Of a DNA stretch of 64,000 bases, positions 9,820 to 19,576 are shown piece by piece. The DNA lies in assembly GCA_024275955.1 (NCBI GenBank), contig JAJRYD010000029.1, forward strand, positions 4,500 through 68,499. The letters run 5' to 3'. Origin of the DNA: Nitrospirota bacterium. Lineage in GTDB: Bacteria; Nitrospinota_A; UBA7883; JACRGQ01. The notes beneath the pieces are model-generated. The model was given only the letters and a program-made list of their open reading frames with translations. It was not told the DNA's origin and ran no database searches. The position numbers were made by a program, and so were the translations under genes. The first letter of the stretch is position 1. Every line of letters begins with the position of its first letter.

Positions 9820-10386
9820 ATGGGTCGGCTTAATTTATCTAACTTGCAGAAAGACGAGCGGATTTTGGCAAAGGTTCTTCTTAAAAACGACATTGTGGGC
9901 GAGGCGAGCCTTCAGCAGTATATGGACTTTAATAAGATACATGATGAGGTTGGCAAAGAATTTTTAGGCAAGATACTTATTCGGCTTGGCTACATCACCG
10001 AGGCCGACCTTGATCGGTACATACTTGAAAAGGAGAAGCCATACCTTGAGTTTTGCGAACTGCTTGTGAAGGATGGTTTTATAAAACCGGAGCAGTTTCA
10101 AGAGGTCAAAAGACGGCACGAAAGCGAAGGGCAGGATGTTTTGACGGCTGTCTCCGATATGAACATAATGACCAGAGATACGTTTGTGCGGAGCTTCAAT
10201 AATAAAATGTTCGGTTTAAGGCTTGGGGAATGGCTGAAGTTGAGCCAGAAAGTTACAGACGAGCAGATAGAAAAAGCCCGTGACGCACAAAAAGTTTACA
10301 CTCTTTCCGCTTACCTCATTCACAAGGGGCTTTGTTCCAAAGCGGTAATTGAGCAGGTAGAAGAAAAGATAGCGTTGGCTACATAA
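9820..10386 (+). CDS. Small protein built of tandem GspE-N/MshEN-like repeats (paralogue A); candidate c-di-GMP-binding adaptor
   Basis: It contains repeats such as LAKVLLKNDIVGEASLQQYM and FLGKILIRLGYITEADLDRYILEK, plus three further copies. These fit the MshEN/T2SSE_N pattern (R)LGxxLLxxGLLxxxxLxxxLxxQ. No ATPase domain is present. Confidence 0.5.
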   Translation: MGRLNLSNLQKDERILAKVLLKNDIVGEASLQQYMDFNKIHDEVGKEFLGKILIRLGYITEADLDRYILEKEKPYLEFCELLVKDGFIKPEQFQEVKRRHESEGQDVLTAVSDMNIMTRDTFVRSFNNKMFGLRLGEWLKLSQKVTDEQIEKARDAQKVYTLSAYLIHKGLCSKAVIEQVEEKIALAT

Positions 10387-10411
10387 ATTCTTATATAAGT
10401 GCGGAACGTTT

Positions 10412-11023
10412 GTGAACGAGTGCCGGGGGAATATTGAGATAAGTGGGGGAGTTATAAACGTGGCTGATCTGGATTTTGACGCGCTGGAAACAAAAGAAAA
10501 AAACCTAGCCAAAGTTCTATTAAAGAACAACCTGATGACCGAAGAGGTCTTTGGCAAATACCTTAAATTTAAAGAAGAGTGTGACGATATGGGCAAGCAG
10601 TCGCTTTGGAAAGTCCTTTTGCGTCTTGAGTATCTTACTCAAGGTGACCTAGATGAATATATTGAGGAGAGGAAAGAGCCGTACATACAGTTCTGCAAGA
10701 CGCTGGTTAACGACGGCTTTATGGAGCAGGAGCAGTGGGAGGCGGTTCAAGAGCAATGCAAGAACGGTAAAGAGATAGTGATGGCTTTGAGTGATGAGAA
10801 TGTAATGACGAGAGATAACTTTTTGCGTAGTTTTATACGTCATACAGGCGAGCCGAGATTGAGCGAATGGCTGGTTAGTAAAGCCAAGCTGACCGCTGAA
10901 CAGCTAAAGAACGCTAAAAAGCTTCAGCGCGAGTGCCGGTTATCCGATTTTTTAATTCAGCATGGTTTTTGCAAAGAGAATGTCGTGAGGAAGGTCGAGG
11001 AAAAGATAGCCGCCGTCAGCTAG
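10412..11023 (+). CDS. Paralogue B of the GspE-N/MshEN-like repeat protein
   Basis: It is colinear with paralogue A (LAKVLLKNNLMTEEVFGKYL.., LLRLEYLTQGDLDEYIEE.., ..KVEEKIAAVS). The two form a tandem duplication 26 nt apart. Confidence 0.5.
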   Translation: MNECRGNIEISGGVINVADLDFDALETKEKNLAKVLLKNNLMTEEVFGKYLKFKEECDDMGKQSLWKVLLRLEYLTQGDLDEYIEERKEPYIQFCKTLVNDGFMEQEQWEAVQEQCKNGKEIVMALSDENVMTRDNFLRSFIRHTGEPRLSEWLVSKAKLTAEQLKNAKKLQRECRLSDFLIQHGFCKENVVRKVEEKIAAVS

Positions 11024-11918
11024 TTTTTACCGCCTTCATAATAGCTTCTACTGCCGTTTCCGTCGCCCATATCCCAAGGCTGTTTATGTCGGCTTTCTTT
11101 CTTCCTGTCGAAACCGTAAAAAGAGTATCACCATCGTAGAGCGTGCGCGATGGGCTGGCGGTTTTTGCTATTGCGTCGCTTGCCATCATCGCCACACGCT
11201 TTGCCTGCGAACCAGTTAAAAGCGCGTCGGTAACGATTATACCAATGGTGGTGTTTCCCATCGGTTTTTTTGCCATTGTGCCGCTTGTAAAAGGTATTGT
11301 TTTGCCGTTTGCGTCGGTCGCGCCGGCGATTGTTGCTCCGTTTGACGGGTTGACGATATTTCCATAAGAGTTTACCGCTATGGCAACCGCCATGTTTATA
11401 TTTTTAAACTTACGGGTAACGACGGAAAAGCCTCCTTTAGCGCCTGCATATTTTTTCGACCACTTGCCGACGGTAGCTCCGGTGCCGGCTCCGATATTGC
11501 CGGAAGATGGGGAGCTATAAGCGGCTTTTTGGCACGCTCTGTAGCCTTGTTTCGATGTTGGGGCAGATCTTTTTCCAACGCTTCTGTCGTAAATTACTGC
11601 CGCGGGAACGATCGGGATTTTATCTTTTCCTACGGCGAATCCTACCTGCTTTTCATCAAGGAACCGCATCACTCCATCGGCCGCGGCAAGGCCGAACGAG
11701 CTTCCGCCGGTTAGGAGTATCGCGTTGATATGTTCTACGAGGCAGGTTGGTTCTAGTAGGTCGGTTTCTCTCGTGCCGGGTGCTCCGCCGGAGGTATGAA
11801 CGCCGCATATTGACGGCCTGTCGAACAGGAGTACTGTGCATCCGGTGAGGGTGGTTTTGTTGGTGTAATGTCCTACTTTCGCGCCAAGCTGTTCGAGAGA
11901 TACTTTGTCTATACTCAT
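11016..11918 (-). CDS. Peptidase S58 (DmpA / L-aminopeptidase-D-esterase) family protein
   Basis: The N-terminus reads KVGHYTNKTTLTGCTVLLF...GGAPGTRETDLL and the C-terminal half reads IGIIVTDA, both typical of DmpA/P1 peptidases. Confidence 0.7.
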   Translation of the reverse strand: MSIDKVSLEQLGAKVGHYTNKTTLTGCTVLLFDRPSICGVHTSGGAPGTRETDLLEPTCLVEHINAILLTGGSSFGLAAADGVMRFLDEKQVGFAVGKDKIPIVPAAVIYDRSVGKRSAPTSKQGYRACQKAAYSSPSSGNIGAGTGATVGKWSKKYAGAKGGFSVVTRKFKNINMAVAIAVNSYGNIVNPSNGATIAGATDANGKTIPFTSGTMAKKPMGNTTIGIIVTDALLTGSQAKRVAMMASDAIAKTASPSRTLYDGDTLFTVSTGRKKADINSLGIWATETAVEAIMKAVKTS

Positions 11919-11921
11919 CTT

Positions 11922-13091
11922 CTAAAGAAACTCTACGGTAACGATAGCGATATCGTCCTGTTCATCATTTTGATTCCAAAACGATTCCACATCGGCGACT
12001 ATTTCATCAGTCATTTCCTGCGCCGTTTTTTGCCGTTCTGCTTTTACAAGTTTCGCAAGACGCTCAATGCCGTATTGGTTTCCTTCACTGTTGGAGGCTT
12101 CGTAAACGCCGTCGCTAAAAAGCACCAGCTTATCGCCTTTTTGGAAATTTACGGTTTCTTCTTCAAAAAATGCGTTGCCGTTATCAAATATTCCGATAAG
12201 CGAACCGGTACTCTTTAGAACTCCGGGAGCGTTATCGCGTTTCCCGACAAGGTATGGCGGAGGGTGGCCGGCGGTTACATATGTAAGCTCGTTTTTAGAA
12301 AAGTCCGCAATGCCGAAAAAGCAGGTAACAAAATGTGTCTCCGGTGTCATCTTTGTAAGTTTTGCGTTAAGGCGTAAGGCAAGTTCCCGTGGTGTCGGGT
12401 AGTCTAAGCTTTCGCTCTGTATAAGCGCCTTGAGTAGCGCCATAATGAGCGCCGCCGCCGGGCCGTGGCCTGCTACATCGGCCAGCACGAAAGCGGTTCT
12501 ATCTTTTCCATATTCAAAGACATCATACATATCCCCGCCGATATTAGTAGCGGCTTTGTAATGGGCGGCGATACCGCAGTTTTTAAAATTGCTAAGATGT
12601 TCCTCGGAAGGAAGCATATCTCTTTGGACTATTTCGGCCACCCGCAGGTCCATCTGCATCTGATCCTGCTGTTTCTTTACTTTTTTCAGCAGTTTCATAT
12701 TGTCGTCATGCAGATGTTTTAACCGTAGCATTGATTTAACGCGGGCAATTAGTTCGTTTTCGTCAAACGGTTTTGTCAGGTATTCCAGCGCTCCTTCTTC
12801 CAGCCCGCGAATAACATCGCCTGATTCCCTTCTCTTTGCCGTTATAAGAATTATAGGAATATGGGCGGAACGCTCCATATTGCGGATACTGCGGCTCGCT
12901 TCAAACCCGTCCATTTTCGGCATCATTATATCCATCAATATAAGGTCTATATCGTTATTCTTGACAGCCTCTACAGCCTCTAGGCCGTTAGTGGCAGGAA
13001 CGGTTACGAAGCTGTGGTTTTTGAGGATTACCTCAAGGAGGAAAATATTATCTAAATCGTCGTCTACTATTAGAATGTTGGAATTTTTCAT
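11922..13091 (-). CDS. Response regulator with receiver domain fused to a PP2C/SpoIIE-type Ser/Thr phosphatase (RsbU-like)
   Basis: The REC domain shows ILIVDDD...LILMDIMMPKMDGFE...LTKPF. The PP2C domain shows GDMYDVF..LADVAGHGPAAALIMA. Confidence 0.8.
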   Translation of the reverse strand: MKNSNILIVDDDLDNIFLLEVILKNHSFVTVPATNGLEAVEAVKNNDIDLILMDIMMPKMDGFEASRSIRNMERSAHIPIILITAKRRESGDVIRGLEEGALEYLTKPFDENELIARVKSMLRLKHLHDDNMKLLKKVKKQQDQMQMDLRVAEIVQRDMLPSEEHLSNFKNCGIAAHYKAATNIGGDMYDVFEYGKDRTAFVLADVAGHGPAAALIMALLKALIQSESLDYPTPRELALRLNAKLTKMTPETHFVTCFFGIADFSKNELTYVTAGHPPPYLVGKRDNAPGVLKSTGSLIGIFDNGNAFFEEETVNFQKGDKLVLFSDGVYEASNSEGNQYGIERLAKLVKAERQKTAQEMTDEIVADVESFWNQNDEQDDIAIVTVEFL

Positions 13092-13152
13092 TTTTGCCTT
13101 AATTTTTGAGTCTTGTATCTTTTGGTTATTCTAAACTGCAATTACCTGAATT

Positions 13153-13662
13153 TTGCCGGAAAAATTGTCGGGACTACCAATTCATCATTTTTTTGGTAGA
13201 ATCGCTGTTATGAGCTGGCGTTTGGTTTTTAGAGAAAATATTGCCGTTCCATTGGAATGGCGTGTAAACGGCTTTGAGATGATCGACAGCATGGAAAAGT
13301 TTGTAGCACCGGTAAAGGACCTGCTTTATGATGAAGAGGCCGAAAAGATACGCTACGTTATAGCTACTATGGGAGGCGGTATAGGAATAAGGGGAAAAGA
13401 CCTTGTTATTCCCCTAGCTATGATTTCCGATGGCGGAAGCGGAACTCTGGTGGTAAATTCAACAGCCGAACATATGTCGGAAGCGCCGATGGTGGAAAAT
13501 ATAGAGAACCCAGACCGCGATTTTGAAGAAAAGATGTTTCGGCACTATGGTGTGAAACCGTACTGGGAGGAAGAGGCTGAACTGGAAGAACTTGGTGAAA
13601 AGGAAAAACTAAAAGCACCTCCTGATGTAGGCACTCCGACAATGGAAAAAGATGACAACTAG
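13153..13662 (+). CDS. PRC-barrel domain protein; start uncertain
   Basis: The core YVIATMGGGIGIRGKDLVIPLAMIS resembles the PRC beta-barrel. The C-terminus is acidic. Several internal Met residues could be the true start. Confidence 0.4.
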   Translation: MPEKLSGLPIHHFFGRIAVMSWRLVFRENIAVPLEWRVNGFEMIDSMEKFVAPVKDLLYDEEAEKIRYVIATMGGGIGIRGKDLVIPLAMISDGGSGTLVVNSTAEHMSEAPMVENIENPDRDFEEKMFRHYGVKPYWEEEAELEELGEKEKLKAPPDVGTPTMEKDDN

Positions 13663-14689
13663 CCAAGAAGAATCAATTTCGGTAAAAGACAGAGCTTTTT
13701 ACCTTTTAATCGCCGTCGGGGTGGCAGTTAGCGTTCTTACCGAGCTGGAAAAGGTTTCACCTTTCGTAAAACAGCTTTGCGGGGGCGATACCGGCGGATG
13801 TGCCAAGGTGGGAGCTTCTGAATATTCAAGCCTGCTCGGGGTTCCGCTAGGGTATTGGGGGGTTCTTTCCTACATAGTTCTTCTACTGCTATACAGGTAC
13901 CGGCGCAATTTTTCCGTAATTTTCGTTTCCGTAATGATGGGTGCCGAAATTTACTTCGTTTACCTTCAATACGCCGTAATAAAGTCTTTTTGCATGCTTT
14001 GCATGGCGAATTTTGCTGTTGTCGCCATTCTCACTTTGCTACTTTTTGTTACCGCGTTAACCAAAGAGAAGCAGGATAGCTTTAGGGTGGTAGGGGCTGT
14101 CGTTCTCCTCGTTACATTTTTTGCTTTCTTTATTCCGCTAGAGTTAAAGCTACAGGACAGGCAGTCCGGCGAAACGGCTAAGAGGGTAGAGTCTATTACA
14201 AGCTTTGGCGATTCATCGTCGCCTTACAGGCTGGAGATATTTACCGACTATATGTGTTCGCACTGCGCGCACTACGAGGAGACGGTAAAAAGAATTATAG
14301 AGCAGTACCCTGAGATATATATAGTCTTTAGGGATGTTATCTTCGATCCGAAATCGCTTACGCCTATGGCGGTTGCCTACACAGGGTCGGTAGCTTATTA
14401 CGAAGGGCAGAAAGAGTACGTCAAAAGACGGTTCGAAACTTTTGAAAACCAGAAAGATATTTACAACTACCTTGCCCCGCGTTTCAAGCTTATCCCTAAA
14501 GACGACGAGATGCGCGCGGCTATAAAAAAGAAACTGGATGAAGACGCAGAACAGGCCGAAAAGCTTGGGATACATGCCACCCCGACGACGGTAATCATCT
14601 CTAACGGGAAACGGCAAGATATGATAAGCGGCTATATTGATTTTCATAAGCTAAAGCCAAAGCTGGAAAAGCTTTTGGGCCGTCAGTAG
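13652..14689 (+). CDS. Vitamin K epoxide reductase (VKOR) membrane domain fused to a DsbA-like thioredoxin domain
   Basis: The N-terminal half has multiple transmembrane helices and a CGGDTGGC plus CMLC cysteine pair. The C-terminal half has a thioredoxin-fold CSHC active site (FTDYMCSHCAHYEE). Confidence 0.75.
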   Translation: MTTSQEESISVKDRAFYLLIAVGVAVSVLTELEKVSPFVKQLCGGDTGGCAKVGASEYSSLLGVPLGYWGVLSYIVLLLLYRYRRNFSVIFVSVMMGAEIYFVYLQYAVIKSFCMLCMANFAVVAILTLLLFVTALTKEKQDSFRVVGAVVLLVTFFAFFIPLELKLQDRQSGETAKRVESITSFGDSSSPYRLEIFTDYMCSHCAHYEETVKRIIEQYPEIYIVFRDVIFDPKSLTPMAVAYTGSVAYYEGQKEYVKRRFETFENQKDIYNYLAPRFKLIPKDDEMRAAIKKKLDEDAEQAEKLGIHATPTTVIISNGKRQDMISGYIDFHKLKPKLEKLLGRQ

Positions 14690-14699
14690 AGCATTAGGA

Positions 14700-16874
14700 A
14701 TGACCGGCACCCCGCTTAACGAAAAGCAGGCCGAAGCTGTCGCTCATGGCGATGGTCCGGCGCTTATCCTTTCTGGAGCCGGTTCCGGCAAGACAAGAGT
14801 TATAACCAGCAGGGCGGTAAGGCTTATCTCCGATGGTGTCGCGCCGTGGTCGGTATTTTGCGTTACCTTCACAAACAAAGCGGCGGGCGAGATGCGCCAT
14901 CGTATATCTTCCATGCTCGATATAGACGCCACAAATCTATGGATATCGACCTTTCACTCATCCTGTCTGCGGATACTAAAAGATGAATACCGAAATGCCG
15001 GCTACCAGTCGATGCCGACTGTCTTTGACGCCGTTGACCAAAAGTCGCTGGTGAAAGGGATAATAAGGGGCATGGGAAGGACAGACGCGGAACTGCCGCA
15101 CCGCAAATGTTTGTCGGTAATAAGCCGCTACAAAAACGATATGAAAGGGCCGGAACATCTAGCGTCGGAAGATAGCTACCCGCAAGCGAAAGAGACAGCG
15201 GAAGTTTTTCAGCAGTATCAGGAAGCGTTGATAAAGAATAATGCCGTAGATTTTGACGACCTTATGCTTGTTGTTATAAGGCTTTTTAAATCGCGCGAAG
15301 ATGTTTTGGGAAAGTACCGTGAACGGTTCAGATATATCATGGTAGATGAGTTTCAGGATACCAACATGGTGCAGTACAGCCTTATACGACTGCTTGTTGG
15401 GGAAAAGAAGAACATCTTCGTGGTGGGTGATGACGACCAGTCGATATACCGATGGCGCGGGGCGCGGATAGGCAACATATTAGGCTTTGAAAAAGATTTT
15501 CCAAACTGCAAGGTAGTGAAACTTGAGGAGAATTACAGGTCTACCAAAAATATTCTCAAAAGCGCGTACGAGGTCGTGAAAAATATTCATGGCCGTAAAG
15601 AAAAAGAGCTATGGACCAAGTCGGGAGATGGGAGCTTGGTAACTATCTTTACAGGCGAGACGGAAATTGACGAGGTGGAGTTCGTGGTGGGAGAAATTAT
15701 CCGTAGAGTGAAAGATGGCGGGGCAAATTACGGAGAGTTTGCCGTTTTTTACAGGACGAACGCCCAGTCGCGCGTATTCGAGGAATCGCTCAACAGAAAC
15801 AGGGTGCCGTACCGGATGTACGGAGGCTTAAAGTTCTACAGCCGAAAAGAGATAAAGGACGCTCTTTCTTACTTTCGGCTTGGGGTTAATGAGATGGACG
15901 AGGTAGCCTTTTTGCGGGCTATCTCATCTCCTCCAAGAGGTATCGGCCCCGCGGCGCTTTCGAAGCTAAAAGGGTACTGCGTAGAGAAGAATGTTTCTCT
16001 GCTTGCGGCATGCGGCGCCGAAGATAACGGCATAGCAGGTACGGCTGGGAAAAAACTTCTGGATTTTTTTGAGATTATTAAAAAGATAAAAATGAACGCC
16101 CCCGTAAAGCCTGCCGGAGAGCTTATCGAAATGGTTCTAGAGGGGAGCAGGTTTATAGACTATCTTTTAGATAAGCGGACAGCTCAGGATAACGCGAGAG
16201 TGGAAAACCTTAAAGAGCTGGTCTCGGCCCCACACAAGGAGGAACTGCTAACGGAATTTATAGAGAGGGTCGCGCTTCAGGCAGAGGCCGACCTTGTGGA
16301 AGATAGCGGTGAAAATGTTTCGCTTATGACTCTTCATGTTTCGAAAGGTTTGGAATTTAATTCTGTTTTTATGGTCGGCATGGAGGAGAATCTCTTTCCC
16401 CACTTTAATTCTATGGATAGCATTGAAGAGCTGGAGGAGGAGAGGCGGCTTTGCTATGTGGGGATGACCCGCGCGCGGAATAGACTGTATATGACCAACG
16501 CCTCCACAAGAAAGATGTACGGGCAGTTTTCGATGAACGAGCCTTCGCCGTTCTTGACTGATATTCCAGAAGAAATTATCGAAAGAAAACGCTCCCCCAA
16601 AAAACAGTTTGCCGGTAGCTCCAGCCAAAGCTCTGGGTACCGTTCTAGCTACAGCTCTGGGCAGGGCTTTAAAAAGCGTGAACAGCGTTCGGCTTCCGGG
16701 TTTGGTGCTTCTGTCGGCGTTTTCTCGCCGGGAAAAGAGGTGAAGCACCGTATATTTGGCAAAGGCGTTATAAAAAAATGCGAAGGGGCTGGAGACGAAA
16801 CGAAGCTTACGATACTTTTTCGGCATGCCGGAATGAAAAAGCTTAAAAGCAGGTTCGTGGAGCTAGTAGCATAA
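14700..16874 (+). CDS. UvrD/PcrA/Rep-family ATP-dependent DNA helicase (SF1)
   Basis: It has a Walker A (ILSGAGSGKTRVIT), a DExx motif (MVDEFQDTN) and a VGDDDQSIYRWRGA motif. The C-terminal tail is low-complexity and S/G-rich. Confidence 0.9.
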   Translation: MTGTPLNEKQAEAVAHGDGPALILSGAGSGKTRVITSRAVRLISDGVAPWSVFCVTFTNKAAGEMRHRISSMLDIDATNLWISTFHSSCLRILKDEYRNAGYQSMPTVFDAVDQKSLVKGIIRGMGRTDAELPHRKCLSVISRYKNDMKGPEHLASEDSYPQAKETAEVFQQYQEALIKNNAVDFDDLMLVVIRLFKSREDVLGKYRERFRYIMVDEFQDTNMVQYSLIRLLVGEKKNIFVVGDDDQSIYRWRGARIGNILGFEKDFPNCKVVKLEENYRSTKNILKSAYEVVKNIHGRKEKELWTKSGDGSLVTIFTGETEIDEVEFVVGEIIRRVKDGGANYGEFAVFYRTNAQSRVFEESLNRNRVPYRMYGGLKFYSRKEIKDALSYFRLGVNEMDEVAFLRAISSPPRGIGPAALSKLKGYCVEKNVSLLAACGAEDNGIAGTAGKKLLDFFEIIKKIKMNAPVKPAGELIEMVLEGSRFIDYLLDKRTAQDNARVENLKELVSAPHKEELLTEFIERVALQAEADLVEDSGENVSLMTLHVSKGLEFNSVFMVGMEENLFPHFNSMDSIEELEEERRLCYVGMTRARNRLYMTNASTRKMYGQFSMNEPSPFLTDIPEEIIERKRSPKKQFAGSSSQSSGYRSSYSSGQGFKKREQRSASGFGASVGVFSPGKEVKHRIFGKGVIKKCEGAGDETKLTILFRHAGMKKLKSRFVELVA

Positions 16875-16884
16875 GCGGGGTCTG

Positions 16885-17736
16885 ATGCGTTTATTGTCGC
16901 TGATACTAAAGGATATTCGGATAGAGCATACGCTCTTTGCTATGCCGTTTGCCGTTATGAGTGCCTTTATAGCGTCTGGCGGGCTTCCGGCCGGCAGGGA
17001 AATTATGCTTCTTTTGCTTGCGCTTGTTTTCGCAAGGAGCGCGGCGATGGCGTTTAACAGGCTTGTCGATGCCAAATTCGACATGACCAACCCGAGGACA
17101 GAGGGCAGGCCGCTTGCTTCCGGCAAAGCAGGGGTTAAAAGCTATCTTATATTCGTTGTCGTAATGTCGGTTTGCTTTATCGTTACGGCAAAGTCTTTAA
17201 ACGAGCTGGCATATTTCCTTTCTCCTCTCGCGCTACTTATAGTTTTTTTCTACTCGCTTACCAAAAGGTTCACCGCCTACTCGCATTTCTTTTTGGGCTT
17301 CGCGTTGGCGCTCTCCCCTGTGGGGGCATGGGTCGCCATAACGGGAGAGATAGGAACCGAGTCTCTTTTGCTTGGTCTTGCGGTAATCTTCTGGCTTGCA
17401 GGGCTCGATATTATCTACTCGTGCCAAGATGTCGCGCACGATAAGGAATTAGGGCTGTACTCGATACCGTCACGGTTTGGCGTAAAGAAAGCTCTTTTCT
17501 ACTCGTCGCTCTCTCATCTGGTGATGGTTGCTTTTTTGATATTTCTCTTTGGCATCACTCCGCGTCTCGGGCCGATTTTTCTTTTAGGCCTCGCTTTTAC
17601 CTCTGCCTTTCTCTGGTACGAGCATAGCCTTGTAAAGCCTAACGACCTGCGGAAAGTAAACAGCGCCTTTTTTAACGTGAACGGAATAATATCGGTGGGG
17701 CTTATGGTCTTTGTGATAGCGGACATGCTTTTATGA
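16885..17736 (+). CDS. UbiA-family aromatic prenyltransferase (4-hydroxybenzoate polyprenyltransferase/MqnP-like)
   Basis: It carries the motif ARSAAMAFNRLVDAKFD, a second Asp-rich motif (CQDVAHDKELG), and about eight transmembrane segments. Confidence 0.75.
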   Translation: MRLLSLILKDIRIEHTLFAMPFAVMSAFIASGGLPAGREIMLLLLALVFARSAAMAFNRLVDAKFDMTNPRTEGRPLASGKAGVKSYLIFVVVMSVCFIVTAKSLNELAYFLSPLALLIVFFYSLTKRFTAYSHFFLGFALALSPVGAWVAITGEIGTESLLLGLAVIFWLAGLDIIYSCQDVAHDKELGLYSIPSRFGVKKALFYSSLSHLVMVAFLIFLFGITPRLGPIFLLGLAFTSAFLWYEHSLVKPNDLRKVNSAFFNVNGIISVGLMVFVIADMLL

Positions 17737-18464
17737 CGGAAACTAACGGGAAAGATAAAAGAGAAGGACACCGCAAAAGGCTTAGAGAAAAGTTTTTAGA
17801 GCATGGCCTTGAAAAGTTTACCGACGAGGAGATAGTCGAGCTGTTGCTGACTCTTGCTACGCCGAGGAAAGACTGCAAGCAGGCGGCAAGGGAGGCATTA
17901 AAAACTTTTGGAACGCTCCGCAACGTGCTGGAGGCCGACCTCGATTCGTTGACGGAGATAAAAGATATAGGCCCTTCCAACGCTTTTGGCATTAAGTTTA
18001 TCCATCAGGTTACGAAAAAGTTTCTGCGCGACAGAATGATAGAGAAAAGGGCGTTTCATTCTTCCGATGACCTTCTTGACTATCTTAACCACTCTATGAG
18101 GTCGCTTAAGAGAGAGGTTTTTCAGATTATATATCTTGACGCGGTTGACAGGATAATTGACGAAGAAATCATAGCAGTAGGCACGGCGACGGAGGTGCCG
18201 GTCAGCCCCCAGCAGATAGTCGAGCGGGCGGTAAAGCGCGGCGCGGCGAATATTATGATAGCGCACAACCATCCGGGCGGCGAGGCGGAACCTTCGGAGG
18301 ACGATAAGGCTATGACGCGCGAAACGGTTTTTGTCTGCGGCATGATGAAGCTAAAGCTAAGGGAGCATGCGATTGTCGCTCCGCGCGGCCACTTTAGTTT
18401 TTCAAAGGAAGGTCTTATCGCCGAGTATGAGCATCAGCTCCGCAAGGTGCAAAAGAAGATTTAA
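17733..18464 (+). CDS. radC: RadC-like JAB/MPN domain protein (UPF0758)
   Basis: It has a helix-hairpin-helix N-terminus and a JAMM motif (HNHPGGEAEPSEDD). It overlaps the upstream gene by 4 nt. Confidence 0.8.
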   Translation: MTETNGKDKREGHRKRLREKFLEHGLEKFTDEEIVELLLTLATPRKDCKQAAREALKTFGTLRNVLEADLDSLTEIKDIGPSNAFGIKFIHQVTKKFLRDRMIEKRAFHSSDDLLDYLNHSMRSLKREVFQIIYLDAVDRIIDEEIIAVGTATEVPVSPQQIVERAVKRGAANIMIAHNHPGGEAEPSEDDKAMTRETVFVCGMMKLKLREHAIVAPRGHFSFSKEGLIAEYEHQLRKVQKKI

Positions 18465-19351
18465 CAAGTAGAGCTATCAGTTGTCTGCCTGATTTTTTCA
18501 GGTAGGGCAGGTAGGTCTTTTTCAGTCAGCAGGGCTAATCTAGCTTTTGGGGCGAAGGCATATCTTCCGACCCTTCTGATTGATAGTTTTATAAAGTCTT
18601 CCATCCATTTTTCTTCTCCAACCCCGAAGTCTCTTTTTGGATTTGCTTTTCTGGAGGTTTCTTCGTTTCCGACGACTGATGTGAGATACCCAAAGTCATT
18701 TAAAATGGTGAGGCTTATTTTAAATTTTCTGCTTGCTTTGCATCGGTTCTGTCGGTGGTGATCTTCCGCAATATCTTTGTTCTCGCAACTTTTTTTGTCG
18801 CATTTGCAGATATCACTGGCTTCTTTTTCCAAAATGGTTAGGCAGGTATAGCCGATATCGGTTAGGCGGGCACTCCCTTTTTTATAAGTTTCGAGTAGTT
18901 TAAGCATTATTCTTACTGTCGAAGAGAATTGGAATTTTTCAGGTGGTGAAGGGTAAGCTCCTGCTTGAATATTCCGCGACATTGGGCATTCTGCTGAGAC
19001 CGGCCGCCTCGTATACTGATGGGCTAAACTGCCATCGGCTCTCTCTTTTAGAATGCCGGCATTTTTATATTTAAATCTTGTCCCATAAAGATTATGTTTC
19101 AAAATGATTTCAGCTTCCCACGCTAGTACAAAATCTTTAACATGCGACTTGGCTTCCTCGATATCTTTAAAATATTTTTTGTCTTTGAATTGTATTGTCA
19201 ATTTTCCGTCGGTATGAGCTTCGTCTGTTTGTTCTAGGATGGCTGTAAAGTCTTCGTATTCCTTTATGATAGGTTCTGGATTGTCGAAAAGCATTGGGGA
19301 TGGTGTTAGCAGGCTGTACGTAAGCTTCTCGACATAAATAGTTTCAGCCAT
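18461..19351 (-). CDS. Hypothetical protein with a Cys cluster, encoded immediately downstream of hicB-hicA
   Basis: The 296-aa ORF has no recognisable domain. A Cys cluster (CKCDKKSCENK...C) is present. Its start codon abuts the hicA stop with no gap. It looks AT-richer than the flanks. Confidence 0.45.
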   Translation of the reverse strand: MAETIYVEKLTYSLLTPSPMLFDNPEPIIKEYEDFTAILEQTDEAHTDGKLTIQFKDKKYFKDIEEAKSHVKDFVLAWEAEIILKHNLYGTRFKYKNAGILKERADGSLAHQYTRRPVSAECPMSRNIQAGAYPSPPEKFQFSSTVRIMLKLLETYKKGSARLTDIGYTCLTILEKEASDICKCDKKSCENKDIAEDHHRQNRCKASRKFKISLTILNDFGYLTSVVGNEETSRKANPKRDFGVGEEKWMEDFIKLSIRRVGRYAFAPKARLALLTEKDLPALPEKIRQTTDSSTC

Positions 19352-19576
19352 TTATTTACAGTTTTCCAAAAACTGTTCCGTTGTTAGGCCTGCTCTGGAA
19401 ATCAATGCCCTTAAGGTACCCCTTGCGACTGTTTGATGGTTTGGTACCGAAAGTGTGGCTATATGGCCATCTTTGGTGAGGATAATATGCGAACCTCTTT
19501 GGCGTACTACCTGCCATCCGAGCCTTTCGAATGCTTTTACTATTTTCTTGGGTCGTAAAAGCGGAAGGGGCGGCAA
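19352..19576 (-). CDS. hicA: HicA-family mRNA interferase toxin (YcfA-like)
   Basis: The 74-aa protein carries RGSHIILTKDGHIATLSVPNH, which fits the HicA signature (GSH....G....vP.H). Confidence 0.8.
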   Translation of the reverse strand: MPPLPLLRPKKIVKAFERLGWQVVRQRGSHIILTKDGHIATLSVPNHQTVARGTLRALISRAGLTTEQFLENCK

